Assembly: GCA_035505475.1 (NCBI GenBank)
Contig: DATJQT010000238.1
Location: 1,755 to 65,754, forward strand
Reading direction: 5' to 3'
DNA from: Vulcanimicrobiaceae bacterium
GTDB lineage: Bacteria; Methylomirabilota; Methylomirabilia; Methylomirabilales; 2-02-FULL-66-22
Length of the DNA stretch: 64,000 nt
Shown: piece after piece, positions 63,307 through 64,000 of the stretch
Numbering within the stretch: the first letter of the stretch is position 1
How the letters are laid out: the number at the start of each line of letters is the position of its first letter
Notes under the pieces: model-generated
Database searches by the model: none
What the model was told of the DNA's origin: nothing
What the model saw: only the letters and a program-made list of their open reading frames with translations
Program-made: the position numbers and the translations under genes

Positions 63307-64000
63307 TCAGACGTGGGCGCGGTAGGCCGCGACGATTTCCTGGAGGAATTTCGTCTGGTCGGTGGCCCAGAGGCGGGTGGAGAAGATCTCGACTTCGTGG
63401 AAGCCGCGGAAACCGGCGGCGTCCACCCACCCGCGGATCTGGCGGATGGGGATGCAGCCTTCGCCCATGAGCCCCCGGTCGTTGAGGAGGTCGATGGTCG
63501 GGGTGCGCCAGTCGCAGACGTGAAAGGCGAAGAGTTTGTCATCCCGGCCGCAGGCCTTGATCTCAGCCTCGAGGTTTTCGTCCCACCAGACGTGGTAGAC
63601 ATCGATGGCGACTCCGAGGGCGGGGGACCGCAGCGCCTGGCAGACGGCTCGCGCTTGCGCGACGGTGTTCACGGCCGAGCGTTCGTCCGCGTACATGGGA
63701 TGCAGCGGCTCGAGGGCCAGCTTGACGCCGGCCTTCTCGGCGTGCGGCAGCACCGCCGCCAGACCCTCGGTGATCTGGCGCCGGGATTCGGCCAGCGGCT
63801 GGCCGGGGACCGCGCCGGCGACCATCACGATGTGCGGGGCCCCGAGGGCCGCCGCTTCGTCGATGCAGCGGCGGTTCTCATCGAGCGCGCGGGCGCGGCC
63901 GGCCGCCGTCGCCGCGGGGAAGAACCCGCCGCGGCACAGGGAGACCACGGTCAGGCCGTGTTCGCGGATCAGCCGGCCGACGGCGCGGACGTCCCGCCCC
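63307..64000 (-). CDS. xylose-isomerase-like TIM-barrel protein (5' end beyond window)
   Basis: The frame stays open to nt 64000 (...[26 protein letters not shown]...). Contains [20 protein letters not shown] and FHVCDW motifs. Confidence 0.8.
   Translation of the reverse strand, partial: GRDVRAVGRLIREHGLTVVSLCRGGFFPAATAAGRARALDENRRCIDEAAALGAPHIVMVAGAVPGQPLAESRRQITEGLAAVLPHAEKAGVKLALEPLHPMYADERSAVNTVAQARAVCQALRSPALGVAIDVYHVWWDENLEAEIKACGRDDKLFAFHVCDWRTPTIDLLNDRGLMGEGCIPIRQIRGWVDAAGFRGFHEVEIFSTRLWATDQTKFLQEIVAAYRAHV

Noticed and set aside
1-64000. I looked for rRNA, tRNA, CRISPR arrays, integrases, intact IS elements, prophage or toxin-antitoxin genes and defence-system signatures.
   Set aside because: I found none by reading both strands. 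All sizeable intergenic gaps (919-1513, 5320-5657, 9760-10013, 17199-17541, 29111-29643, 31194-31586) lack spacer/repeat periodicity or cloverleaf-like segments. An automated tRNAscan or Rfam pass would be needed for certainty.

Overview
This is a densely coding bacterial chromosomal segment, high in GC but compositionally uneven. My spot counts of single 60-nt lines range from about 50% to 80% GC. I saw no rRNA, tRNA, CRISPR array or intact mobile element. The gene content (sulfatase, TonB-dependent receptor without SusD, ThuA, many Gfo/Idh/MocA and xylose-isomerase-like TIM-barrel genes) looks like a glycan-degrading Gram-negative, possibly of the Verrucomicrobia/Planctomycetes type, but that is inference only.

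Blocks in the window:
1. 1-918: the 3' part of a GH20 beta-N-acetylhexosaminidase.
2. 1.5-9.8 kb, minus strand: two PHP-like (CehA/McbA-type) metallohydrolases, a Rotamase_2-like protein, three tandem HupE/UreJ-type metal permeases and an exported EF-hand protein.
3. 10-17.2 kb, minus strand: a URO-D-family protein, a Cys-type sulfatase, an 830-aa secreted unknown, and a membrane-anchored FAD oxidoreductase with a C-terminal triple-CXXCH domain.
4. 17.5-26.7 kb, plus strand: a tight seven-gene N-acetylhexosamine salvage/catabolic operon (nucleotidyltransferase, NahK-like kinase, 4-epimerase, NagB-LmbE fusion, SSS transporter, ROK kinase, LmbE deacetylase).
5. 26.7-31.2 kb: an apparently lower-GC stretch with a DUF5107-like/TPR protein, a possible decayed transposase fragment, a GntR-type sugar regulator and a 4-OT tautomerase.
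6. 31.6-64 kb: two divergent operons around an AraC regulator, carrying 8 Gfo/Idh/MocA dehydrogenases, 4 TIM-barrel isomerase/lyase-like proteins, ThuA, a cupin isomerase/PfkB kinase/class I aldolase trio, three large unknown cytoplasmic proteins, a TonB-dependent receptor, and an ABC importer whose binding protein is fused to a permease.

Block 6 is the strongest candidate for an undescribed system, namely oxidative glycoside or cyclitol catabolism through keto intermediates. A roughly 45-nt motif occurs three times upstream of its transport and enzyme genes.

Many very long ORFs in the ORF track are antisense or alternate-frame artefacts of high GC. Several others are chimeric N-terminal extensions. 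For those, the true starts sit in 4-nt ATGA/GTGA overlaps with the upstream stop codon.
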